Shown here: in pieces, positions 29,475-38,742 of the stretch
Layout: each line of letters begins with the position of its first letter
How positions within the stretch are numbered: the first letter of the stretch is position 1
Assembly (NCBI GenBank): GCA_033763315.1
Contig: JANRKS010000028.1
Span: forward strand, 128,001 to 192,000
Direction: 5' to 3'
DNA: 64,000 nucleotides
Source of the DNA: Deltaproteobacteria bacterium
Lineage (GTDB): Bacteria > Myxococcota_A > Polyangia > Fen-1088
Position numbers and translations under genes: made by a program
Notes under the pieces: model-generated
Seen by the model: the letters and a program-made list of their open reading frames with translations, nothing else
What the model was told of the DNA's origin: nothing
Databases searched by the model: none

Positions 29475-31199
29475 ATGGCAGTTCGTAGGCCCGCCATCGG
29501 TGCATTTGGCTTTGGTTTGGCGCTCGGATCTCTGGTCGTGTCCAGCTGTTCGGGCAAAGTGGACAGCGCGGCACAAGGGGAGTCCGGCGAGGACGCCCCG
29601 CCGGGCAATGGAGATGATGGTGCCGAAACGGTACCTCCGGGCCAGGTGCCCGATGCCGATCGATGCGCAGAACTTCGTGCCGCAAGGCTGCTGCCGACCT
29701 CGGCTACCATGCGGCGGCTGTCGTGGGACGAGATCAACAACGCTTGGACCGACCTGTTTCCGCAGACACGGCCCATCGAGCTTGCCGCGCAGGCCGAAAC
29801 TTCAAATCTCCCCCTACGTACGCAGACTAACCTGGAGATCAACGAAACCTTCATTCGAACATATCGTCCAGCGTTGGAGACTTTCATTGGCCGCGCCGCT
29901 CAAGCGCTCATCACCACAGGTAACTGCAGATCCATGAGCGCCGCCTGCCTTGAGGGCGAACTTTTGCAAACGGCGAAGCGCGCGTGGCGCCATAATCTGG
30001 AGCCCGAAGAAAGAACGTTCCTGCAAAGCAAGTTGGCCGCTTGGACGGCAGAGGTGGGGGCCGTGGAAGGGTTCGCGGCCGCCTTGCAATTGGTGCTGAC
30101 CTCGCCACGGTTTTTGTTCCTCGCAGATCCAGGCGCGTTCAAGAGCGACGAAGCTGAAGACACCCACTATACCGCCACGGGGGACCGGCTTGCAGGTTTG
30201 TGGGCCGCCGCCGTGTGGGCCAGCGTGCCCGATGATGCCCTACTGGCAGCAAGCGCCAACGGTGATCTGAAAGACAACACCGGCCGAGAACAGGCTTTGG
30301 ATCGAATGTTGGCGGATCCACGTGCGAAACGGGGCTTCACCGCGATGTTCCGTGCGTGGTTCGCGCACAACCAAGTGATGAAGGCCGTCAAGGATGAGGC
30401 GCTTTATCCAGCCTTTAACGATGACGTGCGCAAAGAGATGTTGGCCGACACCGAAGCCACGCTGAGCGAACTTGTTTTTGACGCCAAGGAAACGCCCAAT
30501 GCGTTGCTTTCGTCTTCGTTGGGTTCGCCTGGCACCAAAATGGTGGAGCTTCTGGGATGGAACAAGAAAAACATCGCAGCGAAGCGGCAGGATCTACAAA
30601 GAGTTGGCCGCCATGGCATCGCCACGCACCCAGCCGTGTTGGCCATAACGTCTAAATCAGCGGGCACCAGCATCGTCAACCGCGGCCGTTTTGTGGTTGA
30701 GAAGCTGGCGTGTGGCCACGTGCCGCCGCCACCAAAGAATTTGGACATCGATCAAGTCAAACTTGAGGAGGAAGCCATGCGCCTCTCGGGCCGCCAGGTC
30801 GCACAAATGCATGCAAGCGATCCTGCCTGCGCCACATGCCACCGCTTCATGGATCCCTTCGGCATGGCGTTTGAGAACTTTGATCCGATTGGCCGCGAGC
30901 GGACGCTAGACAATGGCTTTGCCATCGACACATCGGTTGAGCTCAACGACGCCTTGGGCATCACTGGAAAGTTTGCAGGGGCTGCAGAGCTGCTGAACGC
31001 CGTGGCCACAACCGGGCGCGCGGAACACTGCTTCGCCAGCAACTTTGCCGGGTTCGTCATGCCCGTCACATTTTCAGAAACGCAAGCGTGCGCGCTGACG
31101 CCTGAGCACAAAAACGGCGAGATGCCCTCGATGTTGAGCATCGCGCGGACGTTCTTGCTCTCTGACCTCTTCCTTCTTCGTTCGCAAGCTTCCTTATAG
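29475..31199 (+). CDS. DUF1592/DUF1588/DUF1595-type (PSD) lipoprotein with CxxCH
   Basis: Lipobox SSC; RRLS..E..N, LTSPRFLF, W.SVPD..L, RG.FV...L.C..VPPPP, CATCH..MDP.G.AFENFD. Confidence 0.88.
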   Translation: MAVRRPAIGAFGFGLALGSLVVSSCSGKVDSAAQGESGEDAPPGNGDDGAETVPPGQVPDADRCAELRAARLLPTSATMRRLSWDEINNAWTDLFPQTRPIELAAQAETSNLPLRTQTNLEINETFIRTYRPALETFIGRAAQALITTGNCRSMSAACLEGELLQTAKRAWRHNLEPEERTFLQSKLAAWTAEVGAVEGFAAALQLVLTSPRFLFLADPGAFKSDEAEDTHYTATGDRLAGLWAAAVWASVPDDALLAASANGDLKDNTGREQALDRMLADPRAKRGFTAMFRAWFAHNQVMKAVKDEALYPAFNDDVRKEMLADTEATLSELVFDAKETPNALLSSSLGSPGTKMVELLGWNKKNIAAKRQDLQRVGRHGIATHPAVLAITSKSAGTSIVNRGRFVVEKLACGHVPPPPKNLDIDQVKLEEEAMRLSGRQVAQMHASDPACATCHRFMDPFGMAFENFDPIGRERTLDNGFAIDTSVELNDALGITGKFAGAAELLNAVATTGRAEHCFASNFAGFVMPVTFSETQACALTPEHKNGEMPSMLSIARTFLLSDLFLLRSQASL

Positions 31200-31208
31200 G
31201 GGTGAACC

Positions 31209-32660
31209 ATGAAGTTACGGTTTTCTCGTCGTCGTTTCTTATCGTCAACCACGCTGGGTGCGGTTTCGGTCCTGCCCTTTTACAAGGCCCTGACTCCGCA
31301 GGCGCAAGCCGCGCCCAATGCGAAATTTCTGGCGGTGATGTACAACCCGTTCGGCGTTGTGCGCTCGAATTGGTTTCCAGCCACCACGGGACGCAACTTT
31401 GAATTCAAGGCCTCAAGCGCTCCTTTGGCCGCGGTGAAGAACGACCTGATCATGTTGTCACGCATCGACAACGCGATGGGTGAGAAGAACGAATGCAAGA
31501 ACGGCCTCGACCAACACCAAGCCGGCGTCAGTTCCCTCTTCGCGGGCGCCAACATGAAACCCGGCAAGTTCGGCTCCGGCCCTGGTGGCCCCACCATCGA
31601 TAGCCAGGTGGCCAAACACCTTTTCCCCGATCGCCATCACGATCAAGTTGTGATCAACCTGGGCGTGCGGTCCACCGAGCATGGCGACGCATGGATCCGC
31701 TATCTGTTCTTGAAGACCGATGGCTCGATCGTGAATTCCGAGGACGATCCAGGCAAAGCCTTTGCTGCGTTGTTCGGGGCAGGCGGCACCGCGGGCGCAC
31801 CACCCGCGCCCAAGAAGCCATTCACCGGCCTCAAAGACGCGCTGAAGGACGACTTGCTAACTTTCGAGAAGCGGCTTGCCACGCCAGAGCGCGAACGTTT
31901 TCAAAAATACATGGAATCGTTTGAGGCCTACGAAAAAAGCATGGCCGTCCAGATGGCGCCGGAGAACTTGTGCAAGGATCTACCGTCATCGTCTTCCATC
32001 GCATCCCAGCTCAAAGCTGGATTCCGCAGCGAGAACATATGGCCCATCGCACGGTTGCAGATGCAATTGGCCGTGCTGGCACTTTCGTGCGGCGCGCGGC
32101 GCGTGGCCACTTTGCACCTCACCGATGGCTTCCGCGGCTACCTTGTGCCCCCAGGCGCCACGCCCGACACAGGGGTGTTCGGTGGCCACGATCTTTCGCA
32201 CCATACAATCAGCGGCGATCCCATTAAGCTGCGAACAAACCTGAATTACAACCACGCCAAACTGTTCGCCGAGTTCGTCACCGCGCTGAAGGGAGCAAGC
32301 AACCCATTGTCCGGCAGCGGCACTTTGTTCGACGATGCCGTGCTTTTGTGGGGCAGCTGCATCAGTGGCGAAGGCGGCGGCGGACACTCAAAGCTCCAGG
32401 TCCCGTTTACGCTCGCCGCTGGCCGCAACGCCGGTTTCGTCACCGGGCGACACTTGGACGCCAACTTTGGTACCACCAGCATGTTGATGCGCAGCGTGTG
32501 CAACGCGTTCGGCATGCCCGACCGTCCGTTCGGCGATGCGGAATTCTGCGCCACGCCGCTTTCTGGACTCACGGAAGACGTGGGGTCATCCGCGCCCTCA
32601 GCACGATCGGTCATGGACTATAAGAACCTGACCGATCGCTGCCGAGGACATGCGGCTTAA
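31209..32660 (+). CDS. DUF1552 family Tat-exported protein
   Basis: SRRRFL Tat motif; GPTID..VA, P..AF..LF, LALSCG.RRVATL, H..SH, TLFD; follows a DUF1592 gene as usual. Confidence 0.88.
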   Translation: MKLRFSRRRFLSSTTLGAVSVLPFYKALTPQAQAAPNAKFLAVMYNPFGVVRSNWFPATTGRNFEFKASSAPLAAVKNDLIMLSRIDNAMGEKNECKNGLDQHQAGVSSLFAGANMKPGKFGSGPGGPTIDSQVAKHLFPDRHHDQVVINLGVRSTEHGDAWIRYLFLKTDGSIVNSEDDPGKAFAALFGAGGTAGAPPAPKKPFTGLKDALKDDLLTFEKRLATPERERFQKYMESFEAYEKSMAVQMAPENLCKDLPSSSSIASQLKAGFRSENIWPIARLQMQLAVLALSCGARRVATLHLTDGFRGYLVPPGATPDTGVFGGHDLSHHTISGDPIKLRTNLNYNHAKLFAEFVTALKGASNPLSGSGTLFDDAVLLWGSCISGEGGGGHSKLQVPFTLAAGRNAGFVTGRHLDANFGTTSMLMRSVCNAFGMPDRPFGDAEFCATPLSGLTEDVGSSAPSARSVMDYKNLTDRCRGHAA

Positions 32661-32661
32661 C

Positions 32662-33393
32662 TTAGTTCACACAAGGCGCGGTTGGCGTTTGGCTGGCGTG
32701 CGGGCAGTGCAGGTTGGCGTCACCGCGTGCGGCGTTGACGTGGTACAGACGGCATTGCAGCGTGTTGCCGGTTGTATCGCCGAACATTCCTGTCGTAGCA
32801 AAGCCAGCACAAGCCGTCATACATTCAGCATCGCTTTGGTAAAGCTTGTTGTTAGCGGTGCAATTTTTAGCGGCGAGGTAACAATAGTTCTCGCAGAAAC
32901 CACCGCACAGCCCGCCGCCCGTGGGGCCAGCGTGTGGGCAATGAGTGTTGGCGTTGCCCGTGCTGCCGGCGGCGAGTCCAGCATGATAGCTGCGGCACAT
33001 CAACGTATTCCCTGTGTTGTCGGTGCCCAGAAGCCACGCCAGCTTGTTTTGGCAGGCGCTCATGCAGTCGCCTTTGTTCATGTACTGCGTTTTTGTCGTG
33101 CAGTTGGCTTCGAGTTTGTCGCAGTAGTCCGAACAAGCCGTGGCGCCCGGAGCCGCATCCCCGCCCGCGTCTGAAGAGGCATCGCCCGTCGCGCCGTCCT
33201 TATTGACATTGCCGCCACCATCCGTGGTGTTCGTGTCCAGCTTAATCAACACGTCTGTGGAACTTGCATCGACGCTGCCATCAGAAACGTTGGCGTCGGT
33301 ATCGTCGCCGCCGTCATCATCACAGCCCACTGTTGACAGGCCCAGGCCCATAACGGCAGCCATCACAACCGCATAGTGCTTACTTAATTTCAT
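32662..33393 (-). CDS. Cys/His-rich lipoprotein with two tandem ~75-80 aa repeats
   Basis: Lipobox TVGC, Asp/Gly linker, two copies of C..YC...C...C...C...GNTL.CR.YH...A...HCPHA...C; GGAGG SD. Confidence 0.85.
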   Translation of the reverse strand: MKLSKHYAVVMAAVMGLGLSTVGCDDDGGDDTDANVSDGSVDASSTDVLIKLDTNTTDGGGNVNKDGATGDASSDAGGDAAPGATACSDYCDKLEANCTTKTQYMNKGDCMSACQNKLAWLLGTDNTGNTLMCRSYHAGLAAGSTGNANTHCPHAGPTGGGLCGGFCENYCYLAAKNCTANNKLYQSDAECMTACAGFATTGMFGDTTGNTLQCRLYHVNAARGDANLHCPHASQTPTAPCVN

Positions 33394-33576
33394 CTGTCTC
33401 CTCCCAATAACGAAGCCAGCGACGCCAGAACGGGCCGCTCAGCGCGGGCATTGTAGGCCAGTCCGCCCGGTGAGCAAAGCGTTCACTTATGGGCGTGTGC
33501 GACGCGATCGCGACATGGATGTCGTGAAAATCGGGCGTTACACGTTGCCCACGGTGCAACCTTTTCAATGGTGATC

Positions 33577-34053
33577 TTATCGTTCCCGGAGCATGGGCTT
33601 GCCCATCACTATATCGGGGAAGGGACTGACCGCCGCAGGGGCGACTTCAACTTCACCCTGCACGCGCGGGGCACCGGTGTGGCAGGTGGACTGCCATAAC
33701 CACGAAAGCTGCAACAGATGTGATCCAAGCGTGACCGGTACGATTAGGAGGAGGAACAGCATCCATCCCAAAACACCCTTTGCGCGCAGGGCACGTAATC
33801 GCGCACGGCAGTCCTTGGTCACCATGGTTCCATCAGGGCGCGCGCGCATGCGCACGCACAGGCGCCCCTCGTGAGCAAACACCAGTGCGGCCACTTCATC
33901 AGCAGCTAAATGGGAGACGTCATAGACGTTGTGCTTGCAGGCGCCACAAAAGCGCACGCGACCTTCACCCGCCATAAGGTTCCAGTCTTCGAGGCATGGC
34001 GACGCAATGCGAAGCCCGTGAGGGCGCAAGGGAGGGGCGGTGGTTGGGATCAT
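33577..34053 (-). CDS. Hypothetical membrane protein with N-terminal Cys motif (SPC..DW..M......RFC..C...VYD)
   Basis: Recurrent bacterial Cys motif followed by a single TM; start uncertain. Confidence 0.7.
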   Translation of the reverse strand: MIPTTAPPLRPHGLRIASPCLEDWNLMAGEGRVRFCGACKHNVYDVSHLAADEVAALVFAHEGRLCVRMRARPDGTMVTKDCRARLRALRAKGVLGWMLFLLLIVPVTLGSHLLQLSWLWQSTCHTGAPRVQGEVEVAPAAVSPFPDIVMGKPMLRER

Positions 34054-34189
34054 GTCTACGTGAACGCACGGAGCCTCCAAAGGATCTAAACCGCGCGAAA
34101 ATTGCGCCGGAACGCCTTCGTTCGACTCACGGTGGGCTACCGGAGAGCGGGGATCGATGAGCGCGACCGCCGGTCGTGACCAACACTGG

Positions 34190-34217
34190 TCAAGAATCCG
34201 AATGCCGCGGCCGATGG
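34190..34217 (+). promoter_or_regulatory. Putative sigma28 (FliA)-type promoter
   Basis: TCAAG-N15-GCCGATGG upstream of a chemoreceptor gene; spacing 1 nt longer than canonical. Confidence 0.4.
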
Positions 34218-34252
34218 GAAAGACTCCGAATCACGAGGCACAAAGGAACGTC

Positions 34253-36121
34253 ATGACAAGAGCGGCAGAAAACCAATTGGATTCGAACACCCTCGCTATG
34301 CGGGGCAAGTTGAACGCGTTAGACCGCGTTCAGGCGGTGATTGAGTTTTCGACGGATGGGGTGGTTCTGACCGCCAACGAGAACTTCCTGAAGGTTCTCG
34401 GGTACACCCTCAAGGAGATCCAAGGCCGTCACCACCGCATGTTCTGCGATGCAGCCTATACACAATCAGCGGACTACGAAGATTTCTGGGCGAAGCTGCG
34501 ACGCGGAGAGTTCGACGCGGGCGTTTACCGTCGCGTCGGCAAAGGCAACAAGGAAGTTTGGATCCAGGCCAGCTACAACCCGATCATCGAAGCTGACGGA
34601 AGCGTCAGCCGCGTCGTGAAATTCGCGACCGACATCACCGAACAAAAGAACCGCGTGGCTGAAAGCGAAGGCAAGCTCAACGCCATCAGCAAAGCGCAAG
34701 CGATGATCGAATTTTCGCTGGATGGCAACGTGCTCACGGCGAATGAGAATTTCCTGAATGTTGTGGGCTATCAGCTCAGTGAGATTCAGGGCCGCCACCA
34801 CCGGATGTTCTGCGATCCTGTCTACACCGCCACTCCCGAATATGAAGGATTCTGGGCCAAGCTGCGCCGCGGAGAATTTGACGCCGGTGTTTACCGCCGC
34901 CATGGCAAGAACAGCAAAGAGGTTTGGATCCAGGCCAGCTACAACCCCATCTTTGATGCCAATGGCAAGGTCAGCAAGATCGTAAAATTCGCAACGGACA
35001 TCACCGCCCAGCGCCGCGCACAGGACGAACTGGCCAAGCTGATGACGGAAGTGCAGGAAACGATGGCGGCGGTCGCCGCGGGCGATCTTACCAGCAGCAT
35101 TGTCGGAAGTTACCGTCAGGGCTTGGAAGAAACCAAGGTCAGCATCAATCTAGCCGTTTCCAAGGTGCGCGACTTGGTGTTGCAGATCGACCAAACGGCC
35201 AACACGATCACGTCCGCATCTTCGGACATTGCCGAAGGCAACCAGAACCTCAACGCGCGCACGCAGCAACAAGCTTCGTCGTTGGAGGAGACGGCCGCCA
35301 GCATTGAGGAAATGACAGCCACGATTAAGCAAACGGCCAACAACGCGGCCCAGGCCAACCAATTGGCTTCAGGCGCGCGCTCCTCCGCTGAGAAAGGTGG
35401 TCAAGTGGTGGGCAACGCGGTCAAAGCCATGAGTGCCATCACCGAGAGTTCGAAGAAGGTGGCGGACATCATAGGGGTGATCGAGCAGATCGCGTTTCAA
35501 ACGAACATGCTCGCTTTGAACGCCGCCGTTGAGGCGGCTCGCGCGGGTGATCAAGGACGCGGCTTCGCGGTGGTGGCAGCAGAAGTGCGCAACCTCGCCC
35601 AACGCAGCGCTGGCGCCGCGAAGGAGATCAAGGCACTCATCCAAGATAGCGCTGAGAAGGTGCAGCAAGGCGCGCAGTTGGTGAATAACTCCGGCGAAAC
35701 GCTGAGTGAGATCGTGGGCTCGGTCAAGAAGGTCTGCGACATCATTTCTGAGATCACGGCCGCCAGCGAAGAGCAGGCGTCTGGCGTGGATCAAATCAAC
35801 GCAGCCGTATCGCAAATGGACAAGGCGACGCAGCAAAACGCCGCCATGGTGGAAGAGGCCTCAGCGGCAGCGTCATCGTTGCAAGAGCAAGCCAACGGCC
35901 TTGTGGATCTCGTGGGTCAGTTCCGCACGGGCGTCGAGGAAACAGCGCACCAGGCGCCTCCACCACGCAGCGCCCCCACCAAGCCCATTGCCAGTGGACG
36001 TGCGCCAGTTCGCGCCACCCCGGCCGCCAAGCCCGCGCCCCGCCCCGCGCCCATCGCGCGCGCCAAAGCGGAACCCAAAGACGACAGCAACGGCAGCGAC
36101 AACGACTGGCAATCGTTCTAA
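34253..36121 (+). CDS. Soluble PAS-PAS methyl-accepting chemotaxis protein with C-terminal pentapeptide
   Basis: Two PAS/PAC repeats ([14 protein letters not shown]), [20 protein letters not shown] hairpin, DWQSF C-terminus; AAGGA SD before ATG 34253; no TM. Confidence 0.95.
   Translation: MTRAAENQLDSNTLAMRGKLNALDRVQAVIEFSTDGVVLTANENFLKVLGYTLKEIQGRHHRMFCDAAYTQSADYEDFWAKLRRGEFDAGVYRRVGKGNKEVWIQASYNPIIEADGSVSRVVKFATDITEQKNRVAESEGKLNAISKAQAMIEFSLDGNVLTANENFLNVVGYQLSEIQGRHHRMFCDPVYTATPEYEGFWAKLRRGEFDAGVYRRHGKNSKEVWIQASYNPIFDANGKVSKIVKFATDITAQRRAQDELAKLMTEVQETMAAVAAGDLTSSIVGSYRQGLEETKVSINLAVSKVRDLVLQIDQTANTITSASSDIAEGNQNLNARTQQQASSLEETAASIEEMTATIKQTANNAAQANQLASGARSSAEKGGQVVGNAVKAMSAITESSKKVADIIGVIEQIAFQTNMLALNAAVEAARAGDQGRGFAVVAAEVRNLAQRSAGAAKEIKALIQDSAEKVQQGAQLVNNSGETLSEIVGSVKKVCDIISEITAASEEQASGVDQINAAVSQMDKATQQNAAMVEEASAAASSLQEQANGLVDLVGQFRTGVEETAHQAPPPRSAPTKPIASGRAPVRATPAAKPAPRPAPIARAKAEPKDDSNGSDNDWQSF
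34304..35010 (+). repeat. Intragenic tandem duplication (366-bp period) of the PAS-PAC module
   Basis: Near-identical DNA blocks (e.g. TTTGGATCCAGGCCAGCTACAACCC) 366 bp apart. Confidence 0.85.
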
Positions 36122-36139
36122 ACGCCTACGCCTGACGAT

Positions 36140-36183
36140 CATCCCAGAACGCCAACGTCGCAAGACAGGCGGCGTCTGGGATG
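36140..36183. terminator. Long stem-loop between convergent genes (possible bidirectional terminator or 3' stabiliser)
   Basis: CATCCCAGA/TCTGGGATG plus CGCC/GGCG plus GTC-GCAA-GAC tetraloop; no clear U-tract. Confidence 0.45.
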
Positions 36184-36245
36184 TCGCGCGCGACCTTCAT
36201 CTCGCGAGCGGCAACCACGGCCCCTTGATCAACCTCATCGGCGAT

Positions 36246-37127
36246 TCAATCAAGGTTGCCGTATGCTTTGGCGACGAGTCCACGAATCAAGCGCAGCGTC
36301 TGTGGCGCCACTTGCGCCAGATTGGGTTCGCTGCGCGCCTCCACGCTAACGCCCCCGTGGTATCGCACCTTCGCCAGATTTGCGAAAAACGTCGCATAAT
36401 CTGATTCTTCTTCGGACACAGGAAAGGCCCGGCCATGTGGATTGGCGATGTGTAGATGGCGAATGTGGGAACCGGCGCGGAGGATGATCGATGGATCCTC
36501 GTTCTCGATGGCCATATGAAAGAAGTCGATCATAAGCTCAAAATTGGGTCGCTCAACCGCGTTCACGTAAGCCAAACACTCTGCTGCGGTGTTGAGAATG
36601 TTGCTCTCGGAGGATTGCAGGGGCTCGACAACGATCACGATGTTGTGCCGTCGCGCCTCATTTGCGGCCCTTCTGCCAAAGTCAATCAGCTGCAGGATCG
36701 CCTTGTCGCGCGCGAACCCTTCAGGAATCGATCGTGCCGGGCCGCTGCCGAATACCACAAGCGTAACGCCCAAGAGCTTCGCACGGGCCAAGCTCACGGA
36801 CAGGTATTCGTTTTGAGCCGCAACGTTGGCGTGGGGCCCCACCAAGGGCAAGTCGCTGGGGATGAAGCTGTTGGAGAAGGGAACCGCAACGCCCATGCGC
36901 TTGACCTGGGCGCGCAGCTTCTGAAAATCATCGTCGCTCAGGCGAGCGTAGTGTTTCACGCCGATTTCGAAATAATCAAAGCCAGCGTCTTTCGTTGGCT
37001 GCATGTCCGCCGGAGCGATGGCGCGCCCCACTAAGATTGGAGGCTTCGCCCAAACATCCGGAGCCGCCCACAAACAAAAGCACAGAGCCAAGATACCCGA
37101 CGCGCGTCGCTGGTGTGTCTGCTTCAC
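36246..37127 (-). CDS. Exported sugar phosphate isomerase/epimerase (AP_endonuc_2 TIM barrel)
   Basis: Signal peptide; GFDYFE, VFGSG, VEPL, DFFHM, HLHIA, R, VSVE metal-site pattern. Confidence 0.85.
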   Translation of the reverse strand: MKQTHQRRASGILALCFCLWAAPDVWAKPPILVGRAIAPADMQPTKDAGFDYFEIGVKHYARLSDDDFQKLRAQVKRMGVAVPFSNSFIPSDLPLVGPHANVAAQNEYLSVSLARAKLLGVTLVVFGSGPARSIPEGFARDKAILQLIDFGRRAANEARRHNIVIVVEPLQSSESNILNTAAECLAYVNAVERPNFELMIDFFHMAIENEDPSIILRAGSHIRHLHIANPHGRAFPVSEEESDYATFFANLAKVRYHGGVSVEARSEPNLAQVAPQTLRLIRGLVAKAYGNLD

Positions 37128-37233
37128 GTAATGAGTGTACGGGCGACCACGACCACCTTCGCGCGGTTAAACGCGCGCCGACGGATCAATTAACATTGCT
37201 CAGTCTATCTCTGCACAACGCGGGCCGCGGAAC

Positions 37234-37974
37234 CTACCGCCCGCCCAGAACGCCGATCTTGCCGAAGACGGCTTCTGGGATGCGGCGGACCAACATCATG
37301 ACGGGCCGCCAGTACCACGGAACAAAAACTTCACCGGCGCGGCCGTCGATGGCGCGCACAATGTCGCGTGCCACGCGAGGCGCTGTGGCAAACAGGACGT
37401 TCCGAGGGTGGCCCACCGTCATCGGTGAATCGGTGGGTCCAAGCTTGATGTTGGTGACGCTGACGCCGCAAGGGTAAAGCCGGCTACGTAAGCCTTGCAG
37501 ATACGTGGTGACGGCACGCTTCGACGCGCCGTACGTGAAGTTGCGGGGGCGGCCACGCTCACCCGCCACTGAAGTGATCGCAGCCAAAGCGCCCGCCCGG
37601 TTGCGCTCCATGTGGTTCGCCAGGGGCACAAGCAACGACACCACGGATATGAAATTGACGTGGATGATGCGCGCGGCTTCATTAACATCCATTTCGGACT
37701 TGAGTTGGTCGCCCAGATCGCCGTGGGCGATGAGGGCCACATCGATCCGACCCAGCTGAGCCACGGCGTCGCCAATGGTGCGCTCGTTGACCGCGAGATC
37801 GTCGAACGCTGCCACCACGGCAGCCACCACAGCGGCGCCAAGCTCAGACTTCAAGGCCAACAACTTTTCGGTGCTGCGGCCCACGAGGTAAAGCGCATCG
37901 CCCCGTGCAGCCCACAGGCGGCATGCCTCTGTGGCAACGGCGCTGGTGGCGCCCAGAACAAGAATGTTTGCCAT
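37234..37974 (-). CDS. SDR oxidoreductase, DprE2-like (copy 2)
   Basis: GATSAVA, TSVAGERGR, YGASK, IKLGPTDSPMT. Confidence 0.85.
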   Translation of the reverse strand: MANILVLGATSAVATEACRLWAARGDALYLVGRSTEKLLALKSELGAAVVAAVVAAFDDLAVNERTIGDAVAQLGRIDVALIAHGDLGDQLKSEMDVNEAARIIHVNFISVVSLLVPLANHMERNRAGALAAITSVAGERGRPRNFTYGASKRAVTTYLQGLRSRLYPCGVSVTNIKLGPTDSPMTVGHPRNVLFATAPRVARDIVRAIDGRAGEVFVPWYWRPVMMLVRRIPEAVFGKIGVLGGR

Positions 37975-37980
37975 CGTTAG

Positions 37981-38013
37981 AAGCTTGTCCTTAAAAGCTT
38001 GTCCTTAAAAGCT
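37981..38013. repeat. 14-bp tandem direct repeat (AAGCTTGTCCTTAA x2 + AAGCT)
   Basis: Read directly; spans the stop codon of one SDR and the AAGGA SD region of the next. Confidence 0.9.
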
Positions 38014-38742
38014 AATCTTCCGCATCACGAAGCGGGGCAAGCGCTTGATCACAAGCATCACCCAGCGCCACATGGGCGGCGCATAGAGCACGGGGGTGCC
38101 CCGGCTGATCGCGCGCACCACCAACTTCGCGACGCCTTCTGGCTCACCCGCAAACGGTGGCGCCTTGAGTCCGGCCGTCATGGCCGTTTTTACGAAGCCC
38201 GGTTTAACGCAGATCGTTTTGAGGCCCGCGGCGCGAAACTTAAAATCAAGGCTTTCCAAGTAATGCGAAAGTCCGGCCTTGCTGGCGCCGTAGATGGCCA
38301 CGGGCTTGCGGCCACGATCACCAGCGACCGATGAGAACACGCACAGGGTGCCGCCACCACGGCCCAGCAATCGCTTGCGGGCCGCCTCGCAAAACACCAC
38401 CGTGTTGGTGAAATTCACCAACAACACGCGGCGCGCAAAGTCCGCGTCGGCTTCAAGTTTGTCTTGCGTGGCAAACAAACCCGCGGTCACCACCACGGTG
38501 TCGAACCCATTTAGAGCAGCGTCTGCCGTTTGCAACGCAGGTTCGATGGTTTCGTGTTGTTCCAGATCGCAAACAAAGCTTGAGACTTTTCCACCTTGCC
38601 GCCGCACGGCCAAATCGACGGCGCTGCGCTCAAGGTCGTCTTTGTCGCGGCCGAGCAGCGCTATGTCATGGCCCGCCTCGAACAACTGGCGCGCCAGGGC
38701 GCGGCCCATGCCCTTGGTGCCGCCCAAAATCACGACCTTCAC
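38005..38742 (-). CDS. SDR oxidoreductase, DprE2-like (copy 1)
   Basis: GGTKGMG, SSVAGDRGR, YGASK, VKPGFVKTAMT; GTGA overlap with the upstream oxidase. Confidence 0.85.
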   Translation of the reverse strand: MKVVILGGTKGMGRALARQLFEAGHDIALLGRDKDDLERSAVDLAVRRQGGKVSSFVCDLEQHETIEPALQTADAALNGFDTVVVTAGLFATQDKLEADADFARRVLLVNFTNTVVFCEAARKRLLGRGGGTLCVFSSVAGDRGRKPVAIYGASKAGLSHYLESLDFKFRAAGLKTICVKPGFVKTAMTAGLKAPPFAGEPEGVAKLVVRAISRGTPVLYAPPMWRWVMLVIKRLPRFVMRKISF

